Positions 27,337 to 36,225 of a DNA stretch of 52,623 bases are shown here, in pieces (within the stretch, counting starts at the first letter, position 1; each line of letters opens with the position of its first letter). A model generated the notes under the pieces. It ran no database searches, was not told the origin of the DNA, and saw only the letters and a list, made by a program, of their open reading frames with translations. The DNA lies in assembly GCA_039798785.1 (NCBI GenBank), contig JBDKFG010000031.1, positions 1-52,623 of the forward strand, written 5' to 3'. Source of the DNA: Verrucomicrobiota bacterium. GTDB taxonomy: Bacteria; Verrucomicrobiota; Lentisphaeria; Lentisphaerales; Lentisphaeraceae. A program made the position numbers and the translations under genes.

Positions 27337-28977
27337 ATGAAATCCCCTAGCCTGTTCCTCGCATCTGCCTTTCTCGCCTCGGTCTTGCTGATGTCTGCGT
27401 CGGCCGACAAGCCCGAAAAACTTAAACCCTTGGCTTCGGGCTCCAGCCTGCAAGTGCCGGCCGCCGGCATCACCATCAACGGCCTGCGCGACATGAAGCT
27501 GGTCCCCCAGCCGCGTCCCGAAGCCCGTCAGTGGACCTCAGGCGACAAGAAGGTCGATGCTTATCCCATGCTTGAGCTTTGGAAGCGGGAAAATCTGCTG
27601 GCGGAATATGCTGTCGACAGCCGCGCTTCGCTGCGCTTCTGGAGCCTGGCGAAATTGCCCCCGGCCCCTTCACCGGAAGCCTTCGGCGAGATGTCGGAAG
27701 GAAAACTTTACGTCATCGACAGCGAGTTCCGCGGCAAGCTCCGCCCGGTGGTCACCGAGGCGGATCGGACCGAGTGGTGCACGCTCGCCTTCGGCAGTCT
27801 TCCCGACGCCAGCATCTTCGCGAAATTCAAACCAGTCTATCCCTGCGAGCATTTCGATCTCGCCAATGGCCGCCACGTCTTTCTGGTCCGCAAGGACGCC
27901 GGCCATTTCGCCATCGACATGACGGTTGATCCGGACGACAAAAAAGCCCAGGATCTGGTCCTGGGGATGATCAAGTCGCTCGCCCTCCGGACCCCTGTGA
28001 CGACCAAGGCGCCGGCAGGTGCAACGCCGAAAAAAGGTGCCTCGAGCGAATTGCAAGCCTCCATCGATGCGGTCGTCGCCGAGATCAAGAATCAACCCGG
28101 CTGGTGGTGCATGGCCGACGGCGACTACGTCATCAAAACCAATCTCAACCCCAACATGAAACGCTTCCCCCAGGAGATCCTCACCCGCTGCCAGGCTCTG
28201 CGCGCCTACTACTCCCGCATCTTCCCCAGTTATGTGCCGCTCACGGCCGCCAGCGTCTGCACCGTTCCGGCCACCTCGAAGGAGTTCGACCAGTACACCA
28301 ACGATGACACCCTGAAGGACGCCGCCGGCCTGTGGATGCCCGGACGCAAGGAACTGGTCATCCGAAGCGAGGATTCCCGTCCCGATGCCAAGGCCAAAAA
28401 AGACCTGATGGAGACGGTTAATCACGAAGCCTTCCACCAGTACCTCCACTACGCTCTCAACCAGGAGGAAACGCCGACCTGGATCAACGAAGGCCATGCC
28501 ACCCTGTTCGAGAACATCCGTCTCAGAAACCGCGGCATCATCGAATTCCTCCCGAGCAGCCGGGAAGAGGCCTTCATCCGCCATCAAAGCGAGATCGACA
28601 TCAAGAAGCTCATCGCCATGCCGCATGAGGAATTCTACAAGAATCCCGATGTCAACTACCCCGCCGTCTGGGCTCTCTGCTACTTCCTCCGTTTCGGCGG
28701 CCCGCTCTACCCCGACAAAAACTACGACAAGGTCTGCGACCGGATCTTCACTGCTTCCGCCAAGGGCAAATCGGAGCAGGAGGCCAACCAGATCGGCTTC
28801 GAGGGCATCGACATGGATGTCTTTGTCAAAGACTTCAATGCCTTCTGGAAAGATCCCAAGAAACAGGCCAAGGCGGAAAAGACCGACCTGAGCAAACGGT
28901 CCTACCTGAAGGAGCACAAGATGCTGCCGTCGAGCGAAGCTTCCGCCGTCAGCGGTGCCAAGTCCAACGGCACGTGA
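27337..28977 (+). CDS. Secreted DUF1570/peptidase MA-like metalloprotein
   Basis: Signal peptide; NHEAFHQY...WINEGHATLFE; YPAVWALCYFL. Confidence 0.75.
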   Translation: MKSPSLFLASAFLASVLLMSASADKPEKLKPLASGSSLQVPAAGITINGLRDMKLVPQPRPEARQWTSGDKKVDAYPMLELWKRENLLAEYAVDSRASLRFWSLAKLPPAPSPEAFGEMSEGKLYVIDSEFRGKLRPVVTEADRTEWCTLAFGSLPDASIFAKFKPVYPCEHFDLANGRHVFLVRKDAGHFAIDMTVDPDDKKAQDLVLGMIKSLALRTPVTTKAPAGATPKKGASSELQASIDAVVAEIKNQPGWWCMADGDYVIKTNLNPNMKRFPQEILTRCQALRAYYSRIFPSYVPLTAASVCTVPATSKEFDQYTNDDTLKDAAGLWMPGRKELVIRSEDSRPDAKAKKDLMETVNHEAFHQYLHYALNQEETPTWINEGHATLFENIRLRNRGIIEFLPSSREEAFIRHQSEIDIKKLIAMPHEEFYKNPDVNYPAVWALCYFLRFGGPLYPDKNYDKVCDRIFTASAKGKSEQEANQIGFEGIDMDVFVKDFNAFWKDPKKQAKAEKTDLSKRSYLKEHKMLPSSEASAVSGAKSNGT

Positions 28978-28983
28978 ACGTAA

Positions 28984-29208
28984 AGACACTGGAATGAGAC
29001 GCCCTGCCAGGTGCTCAAATCCGAGGTGATTGGCGATGACAGCGGCGCCTCCACCGCCTTTGCAGCGAAAATCAGCTTCCGCTACGAAGTCAAAGGCCAG
29101 GAGGGAAGCATTGGTCACAATGGGCAGCGCATTAGAGATGTGCGAGAGCTGTCCCTCAGATCACAGTTAGAGAAGCTCATCGCCACAAACCCCAATCCAG
29201 AGTCCTTA
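28984..29208 (+). pseudogene. Probable DUF3592-like gene fragment
   Basis: After in-frame TAA 28981: HWNETPCQVLKSEV...ISFRYEVKGQE; no N-terminal TM segment; runs into the convergent gene. Confidence 0.4.
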
Positions 29209-30229
29209 TTATTGCCCGCGGGCGTCGACGACGCGACCGCCGAAGAATTGGCAAAGAGCCTGGACGAAAGGGTTTGTGGCGACGCGTTGGCGCACTTCGT
29301 CGGACGAGTTGAGGATCTGGCGCTCTTGTTGACCGGTGCGGGCGGAAGTGATGATCAGCGAGATGTCGCGGCCGGTGAGGCGTTTCAGGTGGGCTTTAAA
29401 GAGCTCGGGATAGGGAGGCTCCCTGAGGCGGGCCAGCTCCGGCTGTGAAGGATCGAGGGCGAGCATCAAGGTGTCCTTCCCCGGCATCAAGGCGGCCATG
29501 CTGCCAAGGAATTGCGCGAACTGGGTGAACTCGGGGTCCTGGCGCAACGCCTCGCTGCAGGCTTCCCAGAGCTGATCCTGGGCGGCGGACGGCGCGGTGG
29601 CCGTGGCCGGGGGCTGGGCGGGCGCGGCGGTGACGACGAAGCGCTCTGGGAGGCGGGGAGCTGCTTTCTCCGCCGCGGCTCGTGCCGGTCCGCCGGAACG
29701 GGTCTCGACGACTTGGCTTTTCGGCACCAGGATTTCATCGGGAGGTCCGACAAGGACGCCGGCGGCGAGGAGTTCGGAGGCGGCGGTCCAGTGCAAATCG
29801 CCGCTGAGGATGTCGACATCAAGGCCGAAGGCCTTGCCGGGAGGCAAGGCGGGCAGGAGGGGGAAATCGCAGAGCGGCGGAACGGCATCGCCTTCGTCTT
29901 CGGGCAGGTGGAGGAGGCGGTTGAGGAAGGGATCCGGCGGTGTGGCGGCCTCGGCTTTGGCGAGGGTGGCGAGGCGCTCCGATTCGGCCTGGCGGGCGCG
30001 ACGCTCGGCATTCACTTCGGCGTCGTCGCGGGCATTGGCGAGAAGGCGGGCGGAAATCTCCGCCAGGCTGAGCGGCGCTGGCGTCGCTGGATGCGCGACT
30101 TGCGGCGCCGGAGGGGGCGCGTTGGCGGGCTGCTGGAAGCTCGGTTCGGGCTGAGTGATGGCGCGGGCTTGTGCGGCGGGCGCGAGCGTGGCGGGAGGCG
30201 GGGCCGGGATCAGATCAAGTTTTTTTTTT
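29209..30229 (-). CDS. dnaX: C-terminal part of DNA polymerase III tau, in the -1 frame relative to the dnaX 5' part
   Basis: Frame open from stop 30256 through the A10 run to 29209; Pro/Ala linker, then tau-like tail NPFVQALCQFFGGRVVD. Confidence 0.75.
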
Positions 30230-31481
30230 GCTCCGCGGCCGGTGAGGCGGGAGCTTCAGGGAGATCGAGAGCGATGCGAGGCCGGGCCGGGCTGCCGATT
30301 TCGGCTTCGAGGAGAGGCTCGCCGCCGGATTGGCGGAGGCGGGCGAGACGGCGAAGGACCTCGTCGAGCTGCACCGCTTGCGCGTCGCGCATCACCCGCA
30401 GCAGGGTGAGCTCGAGGGTGGCGCGCTTGTTGAGGGCGGACTTGAGCTTGCTTTCGTGGTTGAGCAGGCCGTCGGCGAGACGCTGGACGACGCCGGCATC
30501 GGCCTGGCCGGCGAGGCGGGCGATTAGTTCGAATTCGGCGCCGTCGACTTCCAGGATGGCGGCGGCGTTGCGCGGGCTGCAGGCGGCGACGAGGAGGGAG
30601 CGGGCGAGACCGACCAGGTCGGAGTAGAGCTGGTCGAGGTTCTTGGCTTCGCGCGACAGGCGGTCGAGGCGGAAGAGAAGTTCCTGGGCATCGTTGTTGA
30701 GCATCGCGGCGAGGACTTGCAGCAGCTCGGCCTGGCTGGTGAGGCCGAAGACTTCGAGGACGTCGGCTTCGCCGATGCTGGTGCTGCCGGAGCGGAAGGC
30801 GATGAGCTGGTCGAGGATGGAAAGGGCGTCGCGCATGCCGCCGTTGGCGGCGCGGGAGACGGCGTTGAGGGCGGCCGGCTCGACCACGACCTTCTCCGCC
30901 TGGCAGATGGCGCCGAGGCGCTCGGCGATAGCCTTCTGGCTGATCCGCTTCAGGTCGAAGCGCTGGCAGCGCGAGATGATCGTCGGCAGGACCTTGTGCG
31001 CTTCGGTGGTGGCGAAGAGGAACTTGACGTGGGCGGGCGGCTCCTCGAGAGTTTTCAGGAGGGCGTTCCAGGCCTGGGTCGAGAGCATGTGGACTTCGTC
31101 GATGATGTAGATCTTGAAGCGGCAGCGGGTCGGGGCGTAGACGACGTTGTCGCGGATGCGGCGGATGTCGTCGACCGAGTTGTTGGAGGCGCCGTCGATC
31201 TCGATCACGTCCATGCTGGCGCCGGAGCCGATCTCCTGGCAGTTCTGGCAGGCGAGGCAGGGATTGCCCTCGGCCGTCATCGCTTCGCAGTTGAGCGCCT
31301 TGGCGAAGATCCGGGCGGAGGTGGTCTTGCCGATGCCGCGGGTGCCGACGAAGAGGTAGGCGTGGCCGACTCGGCCGGAGCGGATGGCGTTGACCAGGGT
31401 GCCGGCGATGTGATCTTGTCCCACCAGATCGGTGAAGGTCTGGGGGCGCCATTTGCGGGCGAGAACCTGGTAGTTCGACAT
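30210..31481 (-). CDS. dnaX: DNA polymerase III subunit gamma/tau, 5' part (gamma-length, 423 aa)
   Basis: YQVLARKWRPQTF, GTRGIGKTT, EIDGASN, IIDEVHML, NALLKTLEEPP and SRCQ; ends QKKNLI* over A10. Confidence 0.96.
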   Translation of the reverse strand: MSNYQVLARKWRPQTFTDLVGQDHIAGTLVNAIRSGRVGHAYLFVGTRGIGKTTSARIFAKALNCEAMTAEGNPCLACQNCQEIGSGASMDVIEIDGASNNSVDDIRRIRDNVVYAPTRCRFKIYIIDEVHMLSTQAWNALLKTLEEPPAHVKFLFATTEAHKVLPTIISRCQRFDLKRISQKAIAERLGAICQAEKVVVEPAALNAVSRAANGGMRDALSILDQLIAFRSGSTSIGEADVLEVFGLTSQAELLQVLAAMLNNDAQELLFRLDRLSREAKNLDQLYSDLVGLARSLLVAACSPRNAAAILEVDGAEFELIARLAGQADAGVVQRLADGLLNHESKLKSALNKRATLELTLLRVMRDAQAVQLDEVLRRLARLRQSGGEPLLEAEIGSPARPRIALDLPEAPASPAAEQKKNLI

Positions 31482-31511
31482 CGGGTCATCCATCGGGCTG
31501 AAAATGAAGAG

Positions 31512-31617
31512 CCACGACCCAGGTTGACCCCGACACCCGCCATTGAAACTTATGGCTGCTCGGTTCCCCGCCTGACCAGGTTCGCTTCTCAGTCGTTGCC
31601 GAGGGCCTGGGTCGTGG
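31512..31617 (-). ncRNA. ffs: Signal recognition particle 4.5S RNA
   Basis: Minus strand GGTCAGG-CGG-GGAA-CCG-AGCAGCC domain IV motif; 12-bp terminal stem; -10 TAAAGT at 31626-31631; upstream of dnaX. Confidence 0.9.
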
Positions 31618-31758
31618 TGGAGCGGACTTTAACCGCCTTTGCGGCCGCCGCAAGCAGGCGCAGTCACTTTCCCGGAAAGAAAAATTCCCTCCCTCGGCAA
31701 GCCGAAGCCGCGGCGCTATTTTCCCAGCGTCCTCAAGCCGAAAATCCGGAGCCCGCCG

Positions 31759-32775
31759 ATGCGCATCGCCTTCTTCAACGCCAAAGCCTACGACCGCGAC
31801 TTCTTCTCCCGCGCCGACGCCGCCGGACGCCATCAGCTGGTCTTCCTCGAAGCGCACCTCGACGCCTCCACCCTGCCCCTCGCCGCCGGCGCCGAGGCCG
31901 TCTGCATCTTCGTCAACGACAAGCTCGACGCCCCGCTCTGCCGCGGCCTCGCCGCCCTCGGCGTCCGCTTCGTCGCGCTGCGCTGCGCCGGATTCAACAA
32001 CGTCGACCTCGAAGCCGCCGATGCCGCCGGGCTCAAGGTGGTGCGGGTCCCGGCCTATTCGCCCCACGCCGTCGCCGAACACACGATCGGCCTGCTCCTC
32101 TGCGCCAACCGCCGCATCCACCGCGCCCACAACCGCGTCCGGGAAGGCAATTTCGAACTCAAAGGCCTGATGGGCTTCGACCTCCACGGCAAGACCGCCG
32201 GGGTCATCGGCACCGGCCGCATCGGCGCCCTCGTCGCCGGCCTCCTCCAGTCCTTCGGCTGCCGCGTCCTCGCCCACGACCTCCAGGAAGATGCCGAGCT
32301 GCTCCGCCGCGGCGTCGAATACGCGCCCCTAGACCGCCTCTATCGCGACTGCGACATCATCAGCCTCCATTGCCCCTTGCTCCCGGCGACGCATCACCTG
32401 ATCGACGCCACCGCCCTCGCCAAGATGAAAAAAGGCGTCACCCTGGTCAACACCTCCCGCGGCGGACTGATCGACACCCAGGCCGCCATCGAGGCGATCA
32501 AGAACGAGAAGATCGGCCTCCTCGCCATCGATGTCTACGAGGAGGAATCCAACCTCTTCTTCGAAAACCTCTCCGAACAGATCATCCGCGACGACCTCTT
32601 CGCCCGATTGCAGTCCTTCCCCAACGTCCTGATCACCGGTCACCAGGCTTATTTCACCGACACTGCCCTCGGCCAGATCGCCGCCACCACCCTCGCCAAC
32701 CTCGAGGAGCTCGCCGCCAGCGGCTCCTGTCCCAACGAAGTCCATTCGACCCGTCACCTCGCCAAACGAGTCTGA
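31759..32775 (+). CDS. ldhA: D-lactate / D-2-hydroxyacid dehydrogenase
   Basis: ALRCAGFNNVD, RVPAYSPHAVAEH, GTGRIG, NTSRGGLID, DVYEEE and ITGHQAY. Confidence 0.9.
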   Translation: MRIAFFNAKAYDRDFFSRADAAGRHQLVFLEAHLDASTLPLAAGAEAVCIFVNDKLDAPLCRGLAALGVRFVALRCAGFNNVDLEAADAAGLKVVRVPAYSPHAVAEHTIGLLLCANRRIHRAHNRVREGNFELKGLMGFDLHGKTAGVIGTGRIGALVAGLLQSFGCRVLAHDLQEDAELLRRGVEYAPLDRLYRDCDIISLHCPLLPATHHLIDATALAKMKKGVTLVNTSRGGLIDTQAAIEAIKNEKIGLLAIDVYEEESNLFFENLSEQIIRDDLFARLQSFPNVLITGHQAYFTDTALGQIAATTLANLEELAASGSCPNEVHSTRHLAKRV

Positions 32776-32777
32776 AT

Positions 32778-33473
32778 TCAGGCGCGTCGCAGCTCGATCA
32801 CCTGGGTCGCCGCGGCGACGGCGCGGGAATCGTGGGTCGCCATCAGTACCAGGCCGCCGGCGGCGGCGTAGTCGCCGAGGTGGCGGATCACCAGGGCGGC
32901 GCTGGCGTCGTCGAGGTTGCCGGTGGGTTCGTCGACCACTAAAAGCCGGGGTTGGCCGAGGAGGGCGCGGGCGAGGGCGGTGCGCTGGATCTCGCCGACG
33001 CTGAGCTGCGAGGGCGCGTGCTCGAGGCGGCCGCCAAGACCGAGGCTTTCGAGCAGTTCGATGGCGACGGCGCGGGCCCCGGGCACCGGACGCACCAGGG
33101 TGGGCAGCAGGACGTTGTCGAGCAGGTTCAGCCAGGGCAGCAGGTGGAACTGCTGGAAGAGGCAGCCGATGTGTTTCGCCCGCCAATCGGCGCGGGCTTC
33201 GGGGCCGAGGGTGTAGGGGTCGATGCCGTCGAGAAGGATCCGGCCTTCGCTGGGGCGCAGGAGTCCGCAGATCGCGGCGAGGGCGGTGGACTTGCCGCTG
33301 CCGCTGGGGCCGAGGAGGGCGGCGAAGCCCCCCGGCGCCAGCTCGAGTTCGAGGCCGCGTAGCACTTGCAAGTCGCCGTAGCGGTGGCCGAGTTGGGTAA
33401 TCTTCAAAGAGCCAAGATCGGTCCGATCCGACCGATCCGACCGATCTGGAGAAGCTGAGGACTGGGAGCTCAC
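32778..33473 (-). CDS. ABC transporter ATP-binding protein (LolD/MacB type)
   Basis: GPSGSGKST, FQQFHLLP, LSVGEIQR, DEPTGNLD and MATHD. Confidence 0.92.
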   Translation of the reverse strand: MSSQSSASPDRSDRSDRTDLGSLKITQLGHRYGDLQVLRGLELELAPGGFAALLGPSGSGKSTALAAICGLLRPSEGRILLDGIDPYTLGPEARADWRAKHIGCLFQQFHLLPWLNLLDNVLLPTLVRPVPGARAVAIELLESLGLGGRLEHAPSQLSVGEIQRTALARALLGQPRLLVVDEPTGNLDDASAALVIRHLGDYAAAGGLVLMATHDSRAVAAATQVIELRRA

Positions 33474-34747
33474 AAGCGTTCCTCCTTCAGCAGGCTGGCG
33501 GGATCGCGGCGCACCGCGGCGAGGCAGGGGAGCCAGGCGGCGAAGAGGGCGCAGGGGATGGCGGCGGCGAGGACGCCGAGGATGGCGGCGGGCGCTACGA
33601 GCTCAAAGATCCGGGTGTCGAAGTGCAAGGCGCAGGTGAGGGCGGCGTAGCCGAAGCCGAGCACGGCAGCGAAAAGGGCGGCGAGGAGGATGCGGCTGAG
33701 CAGGAGAAGGAAGATGCGGCTGCGGCGGAAGCCGAGCGAGGCGAGGAGAGCGATCTCCTGGCGTCGACCGTTGGCATTGCCGGCGGCGGCGAGGCCGAAG
33801 ATCAACAGGCCGGCGACCAGGGCTCCGCCGATCAGGCGTTCGGCCAGGACGCGGCGCTCCTCGTACTGGCGGGCGCGATCCTCCTTGAGCAGGTCGAGCT
33901 GGGCTTCGGCGTTGTCGCGCACCGCCTTGCGGGCTTCCGCCCGGGCCAGGGCCTGCGAACCTTTCTCCAGGACCACATGGCCGGGCAGCACCGCCTGCAC
34001 CTCCTGGCGGATCAGGGCCATCAAATCCTCGTCGCGGCAATTGCACTGCAAGGCGAGGATGGAGTTGATCCGTCCGGGCTTGCCAAAGAGTTGTTGCGCC
34101 GCCGCCAAAGGCAGCCAGACGCTGATGTCGTCGGAGTTGGCGCGCATCGGATAGACGGTTTTCACCGTCCATTTCGCGGCGCCGAGTTCAAGGCTCGAGC
34201 CGGCTTTGAGCTCGAGGTCGCGGGCGATTTCGTAGCCGACGGCGACTTCTCCTTCGGCGAGGGGATCGATCAGGGCGCCGGAAGGGGCTTCGCTGGCGTG
34301 GCCCATCGGCAATTCGCCGCGGATGCCGATCAAGAGGACGCTGCGGCGCTGCTCCGGCCAGTGCCAGCGGCCGGAGAGCGAGGGCAGCAGGTGGTTGAGT
34401 GACTCCGGGCCGGAACGGGCCAATTCGTGCGCCGCTTCCTCGGGCATGTCGCCTGTCGGATAGCCGCGTTCATGCATCAAGGCGACATTCTCCCCCGGCG
34501 GCAGGACCAGGACGTTGAAACCGAGGCCTTTCATCTGACGCCGGATCTGGTCCTTGAGTTCATCGAGCAGCTTGTCGCTGGCGGCGATGTGCTCCTGCAC
34601 CAGCGCCTGGGTCTGGCGCTCGTGCGCCTGCAGCGAGGCGGCCAAAAGCAGGGAGGCCGTCACCGGCGCCGCCCCGAGCAGGCACAAGGCGAGGAAGCCG
34701 GCTTTGCGGGCGAGGATTTCGCGGAGGATGAGAGAAACCAGGGTCAT
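33470..34747 (-). CDS. ABC permease, MacB/FtsX/LolE type
   Basis: N-terminal TM, large periplasmic domain (ILALQCNC), RRQEIALLASLG and three C-terminal TMs. Confidence 0.85.
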   Translation of the reverse strand: MTLVSLILREILARKAGFLALCLLGAAPVTASLLLAASLQAHERQTQALVQEHIAASDKLLDELKDQIRRQMKGLGFNVLVLPPGENVALMHERGYPTGDMPEEAAHELARSGPESLNHLLPSLSGRWHWPEQRRSVLLIGIRGELPMGHASEAPSGALIDPLAEGEVAVGYEIARDLELKAGSSLELGAAKWTVKTVYPMRANSDDISVWLPLAAAQQLFGKPGRINSILALQCNCRDEDLMALIRQEVQAVLPGHVVLEKGSQALARAEARKAVRDNAEAQLDLLKEDRARQYEERRVLAERLIGGALVAGLLIFGLAAAGNANGRRQEIALLASLGFRRSRIFLLLLSRILLAALFAAVLGFGYAALTCALHFDTRIFELVAPAAILGVLAAAIPCALFAAWLPCLAAVRRDPASLLKEERL

Positions 34748-35538
34748 GCTCGACTCCGCCCTTGAAGATCAGTCTGATCCGACCGATCATTTTTGCCTTG
34801 GCCGCAGACGGCGCAATCAGCGCGGCGCTCGCCGAGGCGGAGGCGTTGGCTGCTGTAGCGTTCGAGGTCGAGGAGAAGGGTGTCGCCTTCGAGGGAGGTG
34901 GGCAGGCCGGTGAGGAGCTTCACCGCTTCGATGGCGGCGAGGCAGGCGACGCTGCCGGAGACGGCGCCGAGCACCGGGAAGCGGCGCTTCCACAAATCGG
35001 GGACTTCGGGATGGAGGCAGCGCAGGCAGGGATCGAGGCCGGGACGATGGCTGCTGAGCTGGGCCTGCATGCCGTACATCGCCGCTTCGACGAGGGGAAT
35101 GCCGAGGCTGACGGCGGCGTCATTCATCGCCAGGCGTTCCTGGAAAAGCGGAGCGCAGTCGATCACCAGGTCGCAGCCGCGGATGAGCTCGAGGGCATTG
35201 CTCGCGTCGACATTTGTGTCGTGCAGGACAAGATCGAGATCGGGACGGAATTCGAGCAGGCGTTGACGGAAGGAGTCGACGCGCGGCAGTCCCTCGCCTT
35301 CGGCCTTGAGAAGGAGCTGGCGGTTGTAGTCGGAGGGCAGGGCGATGCCGCCGTGGGCGATGACCATCGCGCCGATTCCCGCCGCGGCGAGCTCCATCGC
35401 GACGAGTCCGCCGAGGCCGCCGGCGCGGGAGATGAAGACGCGGGCATTCTTGAGCTTGAGTTGGGCACTTTCGCCGAAGCCCGGCAGGTCGATCTGCCAG
35501 GCGTAGACCTCGCGGTCGCGGGGAGTCAGTTCAGACAT
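34744..35538 (-). CDS. HesA/MoeB/ThiF family E1-like adenylyltransferase
   Basis: GGLGG loop, SDYNRQLL, LVIDCA and two CxxC zinc motifs (CLRC, CAVC). Confidence 0.9.
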   Translation of the reverse strand: MSELTPRDREVYAWQIDLPGFGESAQLKLKNARVFISRAGGLGGLVAMELAAAGIGAMVIAHGGIALPSDYNRQLLLKAEGEGLPRVDSFRQRLLEFRPDLDLVLHDTNVDASNALELIRGCDLVIDCAPLFQERLAMNDAAVSLGIPLVEAAMYGMQAQLSSHRPGLDPCLRCLHPEVPDLWKRRFPVLGAVSGSVACLAAIEAVKLLTGLPTSLEGDTLLLDLERYSSQRLRLGERRADCAVCGQGKNDRSDQTDLQGRSRA

Positions 35539-35549
35539 AGAGCGGCCTC

Positions 35550-35703
35550 AACCACGGAAGACACGGAGGGCACGGAAGGAAGATTGAACCGCAGAAGACG
35601 CAGATGGCCGCAGAAATTCAGCAACTTGATTTTTGAATCTTGAATCTTGAATCGGTCGCTCACTTGCCGCTTTCTTGAATCTTGAATTTTGAATCTTGAA
35701 TTC
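35550..35703. repeat. Repeat cluster: 9-mer triplets plus TTGAATC heptamers
   Basis: AACCACGGAAGACACGGAGGGCACGGAAGG; AACCGCAGAAGACGCAGATGGCCGCAGAA; heptamers x3 and x4. Confidence 0.85.
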
Positions 35704-35708
35704 ATAAA

Positions 35709-35969
35709 TCACCCCCCGCTCATCGGGCTCATCAGAACAAGGCGGGAGCCGTGGCGCCAGGTGGGCGGGGCGCCGGGAGGCAGGCGGGAGCCGTCGACGA
35801 AGAGCTGCGGCGAGGCGCTGGCCTGGAGCGCGGGCTGCAGTTGCGGCAAACGCAACAGCAGGGAGGATTTCAGGCTTTCCAGGTCCGGCGTTTCGTCGAT
35901 CTCGAGACGGATCGCGGGAAGCCCGGCGAGCTGACGGATCTGGCCGAAGAATTCGATGTCGATGGTCAT
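35709..35969 (-). CDS. MoaD/ThiS family ubiquitin-like sulfur carrier
   Basis: 86 aa; IEFFGQIRQLAG start; C-terminal PMSGG. Confidence 0.88.
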   Translation of the reverse strand: MTIDIEFFGQIRQLAGLPAIRLEIDETPDLESLKSSLLLRLPQLQPALQASASPQLFVDGSRLPPGAPPTWRHGSRLVLMSPMSGG

Positions 35970-35994
35970 GAATGAGCCTCGGGAACAAGTTTTA

Positions 35995-36190
35995 ACCACG
36001 AAATACACGAAATACACGAAAGGAGAACCAGGGCAATTAACCACGGAAGACACGGAGGGCACGGAAGGGGTTTTGATTTCTGCGGTGAATTTGCCCCGGA
36101 GGGGCAGCCGGCAGATAGCCCAGGGTGTAGCCCGAGGGACGAGGGCAAACCCTGGGTCAGGACCAAATGCCCTCGAGCCCCGGAGGGGCG
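35995..36190. repeat. Repeat cluster: (CACGAAATA)x3, second copy of the 30-mer, REP-like half unit
   Basis: 36039-36068 is identical to 35550-35579; GCCCCGGAGGGGC...GCCCCGGAGGGGCG at 36093-36190. Confidence 0.85.
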
Positions 36191-36225
36191 TCCAGAGTGT
36201 CGCTGAGTGGATGCCCGGATCTGAA

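Noticed and set aside
29209..30015. Independent 268-aa gene with GTG start
   Set aside because: The frame is open upstream to the A10 run and there is no SD; better explained as the tau C-terminus
30717..32942. 741-aa plus-strand ORF
   Set aside because: Chimera of dnaX antisense and an off-frame ldhA reading
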